Source of the DNA: a virus
Lineage: Duplodnaviria > Caudoviricetes
Direction: 5' to 3' (one strand)
IMG/VR virus record: IMGVR_UViG_3300020718_000012
Coordinates: 3,710 to 67,709 of that record
Length of the DNA: 64,000 nucleotides
Position 1 is the first letter of the stretch; every line of letters begins with the position of its first letter. Below, piece after piece: positions 48,144 through 57,684 of the stretch. Made by a program: the position numbers and the translations under genes. The notes under the pieces were generated by a model. It did no database searches. It saw only the letters and a list, made by a program, of their open reading frames with translations, and was not told the DNA's origin.

Positions 48144-50189
48144 TTATGATAAGCTTGGCTTATAACTTTTTACTAATGGTTCTCTTTTAATTTTTACTGG
48201 AATTGGTTCCATTAAACAAACTAATAACATTAAAAATGATACAGTTTGGTCATATTCTGTTCTATTATTTGGATCAAATTTTTTAGCATCTTCTAATAAA
48301 TTCTCAAAATCTATAGAATCGATATGATTTTCAAAATACATAATACCCACATCTGTTTGTTTCATAAGGCTAAAAGGTGTAGTTGGGAAACCTTTATATC
48401 TTTCAGCATCTTTTTTAACTGGATCAATAGATATTTTAGGATATGTACCTAAATAAGCAATTCTTCCTCTATCTCTAAAGTATGATAAATAATCATCAGA
48501 GTTATGCTCATACCAAGCCTTATAGCCATAAAATTCAGCTGCAAGCATCACTTGTTCGTGTAAAGTTTCTTTAATTTGAGGTCTACCATATAAATGACCT
48601 ATGGCTTTACCTGTATTTTTAGGATCAAGTAAATTATATCTTCTACCTATCCATGCAGATGCTTTTGAACCATATTTACCCCCCTGACTATTACTATATC
48701 CGTCAATTGCTATTGCACCATCTTCAATTCTATCAGGTTTTTTCAATTTAACATCATAAGTACATTTATTTTCTTCGCCTTTTGGCGGAAACTGCGTTAT
48801 TTTCCAGTGGAAATCTTCTTCTTTTTCCGTTGCTTCCCTCCATCTTACAACTTGGTCAATATCTCTATAAAATATGACTTTTCTTTTCAAAACAGGATTT
48901 TCCTTTAAATATGCCTCCCTCTCTCCAATATTCAATACATTGAATATACACCCATCTGCATCTGTGCTAAAAGCCTCATCAATAGTTAAAGGTTCTTTTC
49001 TTATACGAGCAGATAATGCTCTTGGGTTATTTTTAACTGTTTCTCTATCTGCTAAAATTTGATCTAAAGTCTTTTCTTCATCAGGGAATCCGAAATCATC
49101 AAAGTTTCTAGTACGCTTTGCTGACATAAAGAACCTATAAAGACCACTTGATGTAGTTCCATTTTCTTGTCTTTTTTCTTGGTTAGACTCTTCCCAAAGT
49201 AATTTAAATGCATCTTGAACCCCATCTTTTTCAGTAGTAAGTTTTTCTACAGTTGTTGTATATAAAGCTTTACCAATGATTTGACCTTCATCATCAAGCA
49301 AACAATAACGTACAACCTCGTGTCGATCATATACGTTTACTTCGGTAGTTTTACCACACTCATCTGCAATATATCTATGAAGTTTCTGTCCATCATATGC
49401 AACTGAATCAGCAGATTGAAAGTCAATTACTGAACCTAATTCATCTTTATCAATATTTTCCTCAGCCTTTTTACCTCTTACGTTTGTCTTTTGAAAACGC
49501 ATTTCTGACTTAGGATTAACCCCCAAAGACATATCATATTCAGGTCTAAAGAATTTTGGCAATCTTCTAAATGGATTTACCACAGTTTTAGCAAAGAATT
49601 TCTTAGCATCAGCACCAGTTTTAGACTGAATACCTCCATTTGTCATCTTGGTTCTTGTAGTATATTCAGTAACAAATAAACCAGCTACAAATGATTTACC
49701 AAATCTTCGTTTAGTTACTTCAAGCATACCCATACATAATGGATCTTGTATACAATAATCCATGAAATAAAACTTTTCAAGGTCAGGAATCCTGAATTTA
49801 GGATAACCAATATCAATTGACCACCATTGTAGATATAAATAATGCATTCCAGTTAGGTAAGTAGGCTTACCATTATTCATATACCAAAACCCATTCAGCC
49901 TTCTATCCCACTCTTGTTTTTTAAATTCCTCTAATCTTTCATCATAAAATTCACCATCATCTTCTTTCTTTTTCTTATCAAATTCATCCCATTTTTTCAT
50001 TGTATCTTGATACCAATCTGGTAACATTATTCTTTTCCAATATTGTTCAGATTGTATATCAGACCTTTTATAAACCCCTCTAAATTCAACTTGCTTTGTA
50101 ATTATATTATAAACATATCCTTCTGGTGGCAAATTACATTGCAATCCTTGAATTTCTATTACACTACCACCTTCTATTTTGTTATACAT
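48144..50189 (-). CDS. terL: Terminase large subunit
   Basis: NGKPTYLTGMHYLYL; KRRFGKS Walker A; YIADECGK Walker B; nuclease AIDGY...DQTVS. Confidence 0.9.
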   Translation of the reverse strand: MYNKIEGGSVIEIQGLQCNLPPEGYVYNIITKQVEFRGVYKRSDIQSEQYWKRIMLPDWYQDTMKKWDEFDKKKKEDDGEFYDERLEEFKKQEWDRRLNGFWYMNNGKPTYLTGMHYLYLQWWSIDIGYPKFRIPDLEKFYFMDYCIQDPLCMGMLEVTKRRFGKSFVAGLFVTEYTTRTKMTNGGIQSKTGADAKKFFAKTVVNPFRRLPKFFRPEYDMSLGVNPKSEMRFQKTNVRGKKAEENIDKDELGSVIDFQSADSVAYDGQKLHRYIADECGKTTEVNVYDRHEVVRYCLLDDEGQIIGKALYTTTVEKLTTEKDGVQDAFKLLWEESNQEKRQENGTTSSGLYRFFMSAKRTRNFDDFGFPDEEKTLDQILADRETVKNNPRALSARIRKEPLTIDEAFSTDADGCIFNVLNIGEREAYLKENPVLKRKVIFYRDIDQVVRWREATEKEEDFHWKITQFPPKGEENKCTYDVKLKKPDRIEDGAIAIDGYSNSQGGKYGSKASAWIGRRYNLLDPKNTGKAIGHLYGRPQIKETLHEQVMLAAEFYGYKAWYEHNSDDYLSYFRDRGRIAYLGTYPKISIDPVKKDAERYKGFPTTPFSLMKQTDVGIMYFENHIDSIDFENLLEDAKKFDPNNRTEYDQTVSFLMLLVCLMEPIPVKIKREPLVKSYKPSLS

Positions 50190-50191
50190 AA

Positions 50192-50578
50192 TTAATATCT
50201 TTTTCCAGCTAATTCACCTACAGCATCAGCCATGTTTTCTGGTGAAAATGGCTTTTTATTTACCTGAACTACTTCTTTCTTTTCAGTAGTATCTTGTCCA
50301 ATACCTGCAATAACTGCAAGGGATTTAATCGCACTTGATACACTTTCGGCATCTGTCCATATTTTTTGTAATCTTTCAAAAGTTTTATCTTTTGGATCTT
50401 CAATCATGGTAGTTGTCAATTTATTATCATTTAACAAATCAGCCATTTCATTAGCTTTTCTTTGTAAACTATAGTATAATTTACTAACTCCATTTTGCTC
50501 ATAATAGTTTATTTTACCATTTAAATAAGCAATCTGCTTTTCTAAATCCTTTATTTTATTCTCTAATTCTATAGACAT
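50192..50578 (-). CDS. Putative terminase small subunit
   Basis: 128-aa coiled-coil protein immediately upstream of TerL. Confidence 0.45.
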   Translation of the reverse strand: MSIELENKIKDLEKQIAYLNGKINYYEQNGVSKLYYSLQRKANEMADLLNDNKLTTTMIEDPKDKTFERLQKIWTDAESVSSAIKSLAVIAGIGQDTTEKKEVVQVNKKPFSPENMADAVGELAGKRY

Positions 50579-51264
50579 ATTAAACTAGGATTTAATAATT
50601 TATCTAATGTTTGTGCATCTGATGAGTTATACCCTATAAGCAAATCTCCATTATCAACCATCACCGTTAATTCATTCTCAACAGCTATAACCTCATTTCT
50701 ATCATTACCTTCTGGATAATATCTCAATCTAATAATTTTACCTTCTTGGCCATTTCTATCTTGATAAATAATCTCATAATCACTTGATATTACAGTAGTT
50801 ACAACTTTACCACTCAATTCACCGCTAGTAATATAAAGCTTATTTTTTACCAATTCAGGCTTAATTCCTTCTATAAATCCTGTATATGGTTTAAAAATTC
50901 TTAAGCCAGTAATGAAATTATTTAAAGGGTTCCACGTGGAACTATCTTTAGCTCTCCATAAAAAACATTCTTCAATTGGTATTGAAAAATATTGAATATC
51001 AGATGATGCTTCAGTAGTTGGCCTTAAATAATTAAAAATTTTATAAGTATCGTGTGTAGCATTATGATGTATTAAAATCTCTGCACCATCTGGTATTTCT
51101 TTTGCATTAATAACTTCTGCATTTACAGGTTTTACATAACGCATATTAAAGTTATCATAAATCCTTTCTAATCGTATTTTTGTTCCATCTGCAAAAGTGT
51201 GAGAATTTTTACTTTCTAAATCTACTTTTACGATTACTCTTCCTGTTGGAGCTATTAGTTTCAT
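50569..51264 (-). CDS. GroES-like protein (probably tandem domains)
   Basis: MKLIAPTGRVIVKV...GTKI...AEVI...GAEILIHHN; second similar half. Confidence 0.5.
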   Translation of the reverse strand: MKLIAPTGRVIVKVDLESKNSHTFADGTKIRLERIYDNFNMRYVKPVNAEVINAKEIPDGAEILIHHNATHDTYKIFNYLRPTTEASSDIQYFSIPIEECFLWRAKDSSTWNPLNNFITGLRIFKPYTGFIEGIKPELVKNKLYITSGELSGKVVTTVISSDYEIIYQDRNGQEGKIIRLRYYPEGNDRNEVIAVENELTVMVDNGDLLIGYNSSDAQTLDKLLNPSLICL

Positions 51265-51325
51265 AATTTAATTAAATTAATCAAAGTTAGGGATTTTATT
51301 TACTCAATAAAAATTATTATATTTG
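51264..51325. promoter_or_regulatory. Divergent promoters with TAATTAAATTAA box
   Basis: TAACTTTG (-) 51282-51289; TATATTTG (+) 51318-51325; box 51269-51280. Confidence 0.6.
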
Positions 51326-51371
51326 TTATGCCTAATAAAATATATTTATAACAAATTAAAACAAAAACAAA

Positions 51372-51608
51372 ATGGCACAAGCAATCGAAGTTACAGTCTT
51401 ACAAGACAACCAATACACTACAGCAACAGGTGGTGTAATTTATGTTATCCCAGCAGCTGGATATGTGGCTTTCCCTTATTCAGCAACAGTTAATGGAACA
51501 GCAGCTAATACAAAAGTTGTTTTACCTCCAACTGGTTTGAACCAACCTAAGAGAACTTTAATAGTTACTTCTACAGTTGCTCAATTATTTGCAGCATCTA
51601 ATGCTTAA
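51372..51608 (+). CDS. Small beta-rich protein
   Basis: Isolated 78-aa plus-strand gene with its own promoter and terminator. Confidence 0.65.
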   Translation: MAQAIEVTVLQDNQYTTATGGVIYVIPAAGYVAFPYSATVNGTAANTKVVLPPTGLNQPKRTLIVTSTVAQLFAASNA

Positions 51609-51627
51609 TCTTGAAAAAGATTTAAAG

Positions 51628-51652
51628 AAGCCCCTATTTTGGGGCTTTTTTA
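51628..51652. terminator. Intrinsic terminator between convergent genes
   Basis: AAGCCCC-TATTTT-GGGGCTT-TTTT. Confidence 0.75.
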
Positions 51653-51774
51653 TTTTCTTTATGTACCACTTTTAGATTTTTATAGATACGATTTGCATCT
51701 TCTAATCCTTTACCAGCTGTTACAGCTAATGCTACTGATAATCTTCTTAGTTTTTTTGCGGCTTTATTATTCAT
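51634..51774 (-). CDS. Small basic protein
   Basis: 46 aa MNNKAAKKLRR...; ATG 51774 follows the 51776 stop. Confidence 0.5.
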   Translation of the reverse strand: MNNKAAKKLRRLSVALAVTAGKGLEDANRIYKNLKVVHKENKKAPK

Positions 51775-51775
51775 A

Positions 51776-51895
51776 CTATTTTCCTTGTCCCCTGTATTTT
51801 TTGGGTTTTTGTGAATGTTTATTGTAGCTTTTTTTAGCACTACCTCTTTTTCTACTACCAAATGTAACTTTTCTTGAATCAGTTGTTTTCGCCAT
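51776..51895 (-). CDS. Small basic protein, KKYRGQG family (not in ORF track)
   Basis: 39 aa MAKTTDSRKVTFGSRKRGSAKKSYNKHSQKPKKYRGQGK. Confidence 0.7.
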   Translation of the reverse strand: MAKTTDSRKVTFGSRKRGSAKKSYNKHSQKPKKYRGQGK

Positions 51896-52169
51896 TATTG
51901 CTTGTATTTAAGATTAATTGATACGAATATAAGCCATTTCCTAAATATTTTTTATTTACAATATGAGAACCAAAAGATTTTTTTCTAAAATGTCTTAATT
52001 GGGCGGAAATAGAAGCTGGTGGTTCATGTATCAAATTAGATATTTCAGGTAAGGTTCTGTATTTACCATCTTGCATTAAATTTAAGACTTTATAATGCTG
52101 CTTTTTTAACCTTTTACTATCTTGTTCATGTACATAATCAGATCCATCAAAAACTAATTCTTTTTGCAT
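51879..52169 (-). CDS. Winged-helix/HTH protein
   Basis: VLNLMQDGKYRTLPEIS...PASISAQLRHFRK. Confidence 0.65.
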   Translation of the reverse strand: MQKELVFDGSDYVHEQDSKRLKKQHYKVLNLMQDGKYRTLPEISNLIHEPPASISAQLRHFRKKSFGSHIVNKKYLGNGLYSYQLILNTSNNGENN

Positions 52170-52170
52170 A

Positions 52171-52398
52171 TTATTGTTTTTTAAAATAGTTTGTATCTAA
52201 TCTTCCTCCATCCATTGAGTTTGGATATACGAGAATGTCATCATCGTAAAAGTTCCGCACCATGCAATTGTCGTAAAGTACGACTTTCCAAACAGTGTTT
52301 GTATTGGTACCGTAGTCAATCCAGGCGATTGCTTTTCCATATCCAAGAGGGCATTCAACATCTATAGGGTTATTTAATTCGTGAATAAATGGGTTCAT
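52171..52398 (-). CDS. Hypothetical protein
   Basis: 75-aa ORF. Confidence 0.6.
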   Translation of the reverse strand: MNPFIHELNNPIDVECPLGYGKAIAWIDYGTNTNTVWKVVLYDNCMVRNFYDDDILVYPNSMDGGRLDTNYFKKQ

Positions 52399-52945
52399 TT
52401 TCTATTTTTTTATTTTTTATTACTTTTATATATATTTTTTCAATATGGCTAATAAAATCAAAGTAAGACATAGTATTTTTAGCAACATTACATTTTTTAC
52501 AACATGGTATTAAATTACTTTTAATGTAACCAATATTACTATCAATCCTATCAACTCCATTATATCTAATACTATCATGATTATTAAATCTATAGTTTGA
52601 ATGTTTTTCACCGCAATAATAACATTCTTGCATTATTAGATTAAACAATTCATCTTTAGAAATAAAAAAATCATGACCTCTTCTTTTAGCATTTCCTTTA
52701 TAATCTTTAAATATTAAATTTATTAGAGATTGTTTATTTGGCAAAACCTCTCCTGTAAAAGATTTAACTGGCCTTAAACAACCACATGATTTATATTTAC
52801 CAGCAGTAAATCTATTGTATCTTAATAAAAATTCATTACCACAATGACATTTTAATCTAACAGATTTTACTTTTTGTTTTATTCCTTTATTATTAACAAA
52901 ATAAAAATCTAAACCAATAAATTCAAATCCTTCTTTTACTATCAT
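52370..52945 (-). CDS. HNH-type (His-Cys) homing endonuclease
   Basis: CHCG...KSCGC; CYYCG...NGVDRIDSNIGY...NLIPCCKKCN. Confidence 0.8.
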   Translation of the reverse strand: MIVKEGFEFIGLDFYFVNNKGIKQKVKSVRLKCHCGNEFLLRYNRFTAGKYKSCGCLRPVKSFTGEVLPNKQSLINLIFKDYKGNAKRRGHDFFISKDELFNLIMQECYYCGEKHSNYRFNNHDSIRYNGVDRIDSNIGYIKSNLIPCCKKCNVAKNTMSYFDFISHIEKIYIKVIKNKKIENEPIYSRIK

Positions 52946-53295
52946 TAGAATGGAGTTTCTTCTGTTAAATTATTAAAATTGTTGCTTGATAATAATTGAA
53001 GAGATGTTACTCTACAATGTAATTGTGGCAAAGATTGATTTGTTTTACTCATATAAGTTTTTGCTTCAGGCTTACCTTCTGTATAAACCATTGTACCTTT
53101 TTTAAGATAATTAGCTACATTAAGTTTTTCAGTCCAATAAGCACAAGATACCCATGTAGTTTTATCTACATCTTCACCTTGTTGGTTTTTAAATTTTTCA
53201 GTATAAGCAACTGAAAAGTTAATTACATTTTTGCCATTTACATTGTTGACTTTAGCATCTTGCCCAAGTCTACCAATTACAGAAAGTCTGATCAT
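52945..53295 (-). CDS. ssb: Single-stranded DNA-binding protein
   Basis: IGRLGQDA...NFSVA...TTWVSC...YLKKG..V..EG; C-terminal PF. Confidence 0.9.
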   Translation of the reverse strand: MIRLSVIGRLGQDAKVNNVNGKNVINFSVAYTEKFKNQQGEDVDKTTWVSCAYWTEKLNVANYLKKGTMVYTEGKPEAKTYMSKTNQSLPQLHCRVTSLQLLSSNNFNNLTEETPF

Positions 53296-53317
53296 TGTTT
53301 TTTGTTTTTATGTTTTA

Positions 53318-55183
53318 TTAAAATATTACTTCTTCACCATTTTCATCTTTGTATGGAAGCCAAGATTGGTTAGCTTCTTTTCTTTTCCAAAACTCTAAAC
53401 CTTTGTTATTCAATAATTCTTGGATAAAATCCTTTCCTTCAATAAAAAATCTTCTTCTTTCCCATATATATTCCACTGATATAAATCCTTTTCTACCAAC
53501 ACTTTTTTTCTTAATTTTTTTTGTATGAAATTCAGCTAAAGGATTACTTACATCAGTCTGTGCAAATGGTCTATGATAAACTGTTATGTTATCCATTTTA
53601 TTATTCCACATTGCACCATCATTAATATCAAATACATCAGGGCATTTGTAGTTACCTGACCTATCTCTTTCCATCAATTTTGGGTGAGCAATAATCCAAA
53701 AATAAACATCATTCTTTTTGGCAAATCTTGAAAAATCAGCTAATAGTGTTTCTAAATATTTATCCGTTCTACCACCAAATCCCTTATAATCATTTGTCAT
53801 TTGGTTAAATGGATCTATACAACAAAAGTCTACTTTTTCCTGCACAATTAATTCCAAGAACTTTTCTTTGATATACTGAGGTGTTGGAGATAACATTTCT
53901 GCACTTATGTAAAAAATATGCTTAGAAATATAATCATAAGCAGCTTCGTAAATATCATCAGATGGTCTATTTGGATTAAATGGTGTACATTCACATCCTA
54001 AAAGCATCTCGACAAAGTCATGAAAATACTCTTCAGCTGGTGTATCTTCAGGTGAAAATGTAGCAATTTTTTCTCCATACATGATAATTCTACTAAGCAA
54101 TTGTGATTTTTGCCAAGCTGTTTTACCATAGTTACCAATACCAGTAAGTAATGTAATTTCACCCCTTTTTGGCTTAAAAAGATAATCTAAATCCTTAATA
54201 CCAATACCCATAACCTTATCAAATCCATTTTGATTAATACCTAAAGCTTTATCCTTAACATCAATTCCATAAACAACATCTTCTACCCTATAATTTTCAC
54301 CTTTTTCATCTACAAATTCTTTCTTAACATCAATTTCATAGTTAGTTTCTTTGTTTACCAATTTTTCCTTCTGCATAATAGCCGAACCTGCAATAGCCCT
54401 ATTTGCCCTATATCCGCTTTTTACGGCACTTCTCATCTCCGACATAGTAAAGTCATTACTCACTAAATATTCGGCCGAAATAAGGCTTAAAGCGGCCTCC
54501 TCGTTGATTCCAAACCTACAACATGCTGAAGCCAACTTAAAAATGTAAGTATTTCTCTCTCCAGTTACAAAAGCATCGTTCTTATTTGTTAACCATTTTA
54601 GTATTCTTCTAAAGTTTTCAGAATCATCTAAATTTTCTGTTTCTGAAACTACTATTTTTTCAATTTTCTTAGCTTTCGTGAAAGTTGTGGCATTTTGATT
54701 GATGTAAATATCAGGATCAAAGCTTTCATAACACACTCTGCTTACATTTATTCCGCTTCTGTCAATTTCTGGAAATATCTCTTGAAGTGATTGGAAATGC
54801 TCTCTGTGTTTTTTACCATCAGCTATTTTAACTAAAGCTTTTAATCCATTCCCTGATGGGCTAACCCAGCAAGCATAAACAAAATCTTTAGAAATAATTT
54901 CAGTTTGCTTATCTCTCAAATCAGAAATATCATCAAAATCAAGCACAATGAATCCACTATGCTCAACAAGCTGCTCATCTTTTCTATCTGCACCAAATCT
55001 ACCACTAAAACAAATTGAAGGAAGATTAAGTTTAAGTTTATTAGCTTTTTCCTTATCCAAAGCCAATCTAATATCCAAAACTAATCCCTTGCTTGCCCCT
55101 AGTTTAATCCTTTCTAATGCTTTTTCTACGGTTATGAAATGTGGTTCCTTGCTAAATATGTTTTTGAAAATAGTAATTTGCAT
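53318..55183 (-). CDS. Primase-like (VirE/BT4734-type N-terminus, PriCT) plus DnaB-like helicase
   Basis: LPSICFSG, VSPSGNGLK, GERNTYIFKLA; GIGNYGKT Walker A; IDPFNQ Walker B; IIAHP. Confidence 0.8.
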   Translation of the reverse strand: MQITIFKNIFSKEPHFITVEKALERIKLGASKGLVLDIRLALDKEKANKLKLNLPSICFSGRFGADRKDEQLVEHSGFIVLDFDDISDLRDKQTEIISKDFVYACWVSPSGNGLKALVKIADGKKHREHFQSLQEIFPEIDRSGINVSRVCYESFDPDIYINQNATTFTKAKKIEKIVVSETENLDDSENFRRILKWLTNKNDAFVTGERNTYIFKLASACCRFGINEEAALSLISAEYLVSNDFTMSEMRSAVKSGYRANRAIAGSAIMQKEKLVNKETNYEIDVKKEFVDEKGENYRVEDVVYGIDVKDKALGINQNGFDKVMGIGIKDLDYLFKPKRGEITLLTGIGNYGKTAWQKSQLLSRIIMYGEKIATFSPEDTPAEEYFHDFVEMLLGCECTPFNPNRPSDDIYEAAYDYISKHIFYISAEMLSPTPQYIKEKFLELIVQEKVDFCCIDPFNQMTNDYKGFGGRTDKYLETLLADFSRFAKKNDVYFWIIAHPKLMERDRSGNYKCPDVFDINDGAMWNNKMDNITVYHRPFAQTDVSNPLAEFHTKKIKKKSVGRKGFISVEYIWERRRFFIEGKDFIQELLNNKGLEFWKRKEANQSWLPYKDENGEEVIF

Positions 55184-55187
55184 CGTT

Positions 55188-55940
55188 TTATTTTTTTAAT
55201 TCTTCCAGCCTTTTTGAATAATTTAAAAAATCCTGGTTACCATCAAGTGAACTTCTTTTTTGTTGGGAATTTACAACTACATTGGTTTTTACTGAGAAAA
55301 ATCCCTTCCACCCATTTGCCATAGATTGTTTTACAATTTCTTTAGCTACAATTAAATTTTTATCTGACAATTCCACTAAATTATCAAAAGCCGCTTGTTC
55401 ACTTTGAATAGTTTTATACTTGAATTTAAAATGCTGAGATTTATATTCCTTCCATTCATCCCACATTCTAATCGCATCTTCACCTTCCCATAAAAATTTA
55501 ATTTTCGCCTCTTTAACCTTATCCTTAACCATATCCTTATCCATAACCATAACCATATCCATATCCTTACGCCCTTCCGAGGGGCTTATAAGGGGCTTAT
55601 TTTTTTTTCTTAAATTATATTTATCAAGCAATATGATTACAGAATTATGAGATCTATTTTCTGGATTAAGTCCAGATGGGTACTGAAATTCTATAAAAGA
55701 TGGTATGAACCATTTATTTCCTTTATCAAAAATTATAATCTTATCTTCAAAACTTTCGATAGCATCTTTTAAATTAATTTTTTCACCTATTCTTATTTGA
55801 GCAACATCTAAATCTACCTGCCAAATACCAGCATGATCACAGTCATCACATATATAAAGCCAAAGGAGCTTGTAAGGCCCTTGTAAGCCCCTTATAAAGG
55901 GCTTCTTCCATTTTTCAGTATCAGTAAATCTCTTAGCCAT
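55188..55940 (-). CDS. Replication initiator protein
   Basis: MAKRFTDTEKW...KLLWLYICDDCDHAGIW; (D/V)(M/K) low-complexity linker; C-terminal domain with GWKGFF. Confidence 0.7.
   Translation of the reverse strand: MAKRFTDTEKWKKPFIRGLQGPYKLLWLYICDDCDHAGIWQVDLDVAQIRIGEKINLKDAIESFEDKIIIFDKGNKWFIPSFIEFQYPSGLNPENRSHNSVIILLDKYNLRKKNKPLISPSEGRKDMDMVMVMDKDMVKDKVKEAKIKFLWEGEDAIRMWDEWKEYKSQHFKFKYKTIQSEQAAFDNLVELSDKNLIVAKEIVKQSMANGWKGFFSVKTNVVVNSQQKRSSLDGNQDFLNYSKRLEELKK
55517..55600. repeat. Hexamer linker repeats plus 11-bp iteron-like repeats in initiator
   Basis: CCATAT/CCATAA/CCTTAT run, then AGGGGCTTAT twice (55580, 55591). Confidence 0.55.
55869..55904. repeat. Second 11-bp iteron-like cluster, opposite orientation
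   Basis: CTTGTAAGGCC CTTGTAAGCCC CTTATAAAGGG. Confidence 0.5.
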
Positions 55941-55950
55941 TTTATAATAA

Positions 55951-56148
55951 TTAATCGTTATTAAAATCAGTTCCTAATGCATTATTTATCTTTGCAAGAT
56001 TTACATCTGATAAATTCATAATTCTGTGAATTAATATTCCATATAAAGTTCCATATGGTATTTCTGATTTTCTTGAAAGCCATGCTAGTGGCCTTTCTTG
56101 TTGCTCTAACTCAAGCAAAATGAGGTCTTTTACATTCTTTTTTTCCAT
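55951..56148 (-). CDS. Cro/XRE-like HTH transcriptional regulator
   Basis: LAWLSRKSEIPYGTLYGI...LAKINNAL; first gene of the divergent replication operon. Confidence 0.75.
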   Translation of the reverse strand: MEKKNVKDLILLELEQQERPLAWLSRKSEIPYGTLYGILIHRIMNLSDVNLAKINNALGTDFNND

Positions 56149-56233
56149 AAAGTTTTTGATTAAGGCACAAAGTAAAGAAGTATTATTTAATTAAAAAAAT
56201 TTATTTTTTACCCAATTATTTTAAAAAAAATAT

Positions 56234-56263
56234 TTTGTGTTTTAATTAAATTAATTATCTTTG
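56234..56263 (+). promoter_or_regulatory. Promoter with TAATTAAATTAA box in spacer
   Basis: TTTG 56234-37, box 56243-54, TATCTTTG 56256-63. Confidence 0.7.
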
Positions 56264-56277
56264 TTAAAATTATTACT

Positions 56278-56577
56278 ATGAAAACAGCATTAACAGAATG
56301 GTTTGATGAATTAAAAGCTAATTATCCTTATATGGCTAATGAAATATTTGATAAAGGATTTAATAAATATCTTGAAAAAGAAAAAAAGCAGATAATAGAT
56401 GCTTGGGAAAAAGGATATAGCACTGGTTGCGTTGTTGGCTCAAATGATTATACTAATGAAGATGAAGAAAAAGATAACGGAAATTATTACTACAACCAAA
56501 CCTATAACCAAAAGCAACATATCATAGACATTATGAAAGAAGATGAGGATGATGGATTATATAACCAAAACAAATAA
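56278..56577 (+). CDS. Small phage protein, EKE...AW...YY family
   Basis: MKTALTEW...EKEKKQIIDAW...YYNQTY. Confidence 0.7.
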   Translation: MKTALTEWFDELKANYPYMANEIFDKGFNKYLEKEKKQIIDAWEKGYSTGCVVGSNDYTNEDEEKDNGNYYYNQTYNQKQHIIDIMKEDEDDGLYNQNK

Positions 56578-56594
56578 AACTATATATTTGCATT

Positions 56595-57077
56595 ATGGTT
56601 AATTATAGACAAATATGGATTAAAAAATATGGGAAAAAACCCATTGATAATAATGGTAGAAGTTATGAAATTCACCATATCGATGGCAATAGGAAAAATA
56701 ATTTAATTGAAAATTTAGTATGTATTAGTATTGATGAACATTATCAAATTCATTTAAAAAAAGGTCAAATACATGCTGCTAATTTAATTGCAAATAGAAT
56801 GAATAAACCTTTATTAATTGGCCACCATTGCACAGATGATGTAAAAAATAAAATAAGTAATTCAAAAAAGGGAAAACCAAAATCTGAAATACATAAGCAA
56901 AAAATGAGTGAGGCTAAGAAAGGAAAAATATTTAACATTGAACACAAAAAAAATTTAAAAAAGACAAAGAAATTATTGACTTGTCCTATTTGTGGTAAAA
57001 CGGGGGGTTCAAATGCTATTAAAAGATTTCATTTTGATAACTGTGGAAAACCATATATTTTTAAACGTAACAAATAA
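56595..57077 (+). CDS. HNH endonuclease with NUMOD3 repeats
   Basis: EIHHIDGNRKNN...NL....EH..IH; HTDDVKNKIS-like and SEIHKQKMS repeats; CPICG. Confidence 0.85.
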   Translation: MVNYRQIWIKKYGKKPIDNNGRSYEIHHIDGNRKNNLIENLVCISIDEHYQIHLKKGQIHAANLIANRMNKPLLIGHHCTDDVKNKISNSKKGKPKSEIHKQKMSEAKKGKIFNIEHKKNLKKTKKLLTCPICGKTGGSNAIKRFHFDNCGKPYIFKRNK

Positions 57078-57080
57078 CCT

Positions 57081-57272
57081 ATGAAAAAAATATTAAAAAA
57101 AATTATTCAATTATTATGTAATCATAAATATGTATGTACATATGTATATAATATTTCAGCTGATTGGAGATGTGTTAAATGTGGTAAACGCAAAAAAGGT
57201 ATTGCTCCAGTAGGTTTTAATAAAACGGAAATGGATTATAACAACCATTATTTTAAAAATATCTTTAAATAA
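57081..57272 (+). CDS. Small zinc-ribbon protein
   Basis: LCNHKY...CVKCGK. Confidence 0.5.
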   Translation: MKKILKKIIQLLCNHKYVCTYVYNISADWRCVKCGKRKKGIAPVGFNKTEMDYNNHYFKNIFK

Positions 57273-57352
57273 TAATCTATGAATATAATCATAATTATAT
57301 TAATTTGGGAGATAGTAAAAGAAATTATAAATAGAATAATTAAAAGTCAATT

Positions 57353-57484
57353 ATGATTGAAAATAGAGAATTAATATATGATATGGCTAAGAGATTAGAT
57401 ATGGTTATAGAAGTATGGAAAGAAGGAAAGTATATTGGTAAATTTAGATTTATAAATGGCAAATTGCATAAATTAAAAGAATAA
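57353..57484 (+). CDS. Small hypothetical protein (not in ORF track)
   Basis: 43 aa; TAATG overlap with next gene. Confidence 0.45.
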   Translation: MIENRELIYDMAKRLDMVIEVWKEGKYIGKFRFINGKLHKLKE

Positions 57485-57684
57485 TGGAAGCATATCAAAC
57501 AAAAGCAATTAAGTTATATGTTAATTTCTTTTTAAAAGATAGAGTAACTGATTTTGAAAATAGAATTATAATAGCAAAAGATGAAGCTATTGCTTATGTA
57601 CAAAAAGAAATTGAATTAAAAAGTAAAGATCCAGATGAATTGTTTTATTGGTGTAATGTAAAAAACGCACTTGAAAAAATATGA
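57484..57684 (+). CDS. Hypothetical protein
   Basis: 66 aa; ATGA overlap with next gene. Confidence 0.6.
   Translation: MEAYQTKAIKLYVNFFLKDRVTDFENRIIIAKDEAIAYVQKEIELKSKDPDELFYWCNVKNALEKI

Noticed and set aside
51775-51861. TTG-started extension of ORF 51634-51861
   Set aside because: Overlaps a better 39-aa ORF (51776-51895) in another frame.
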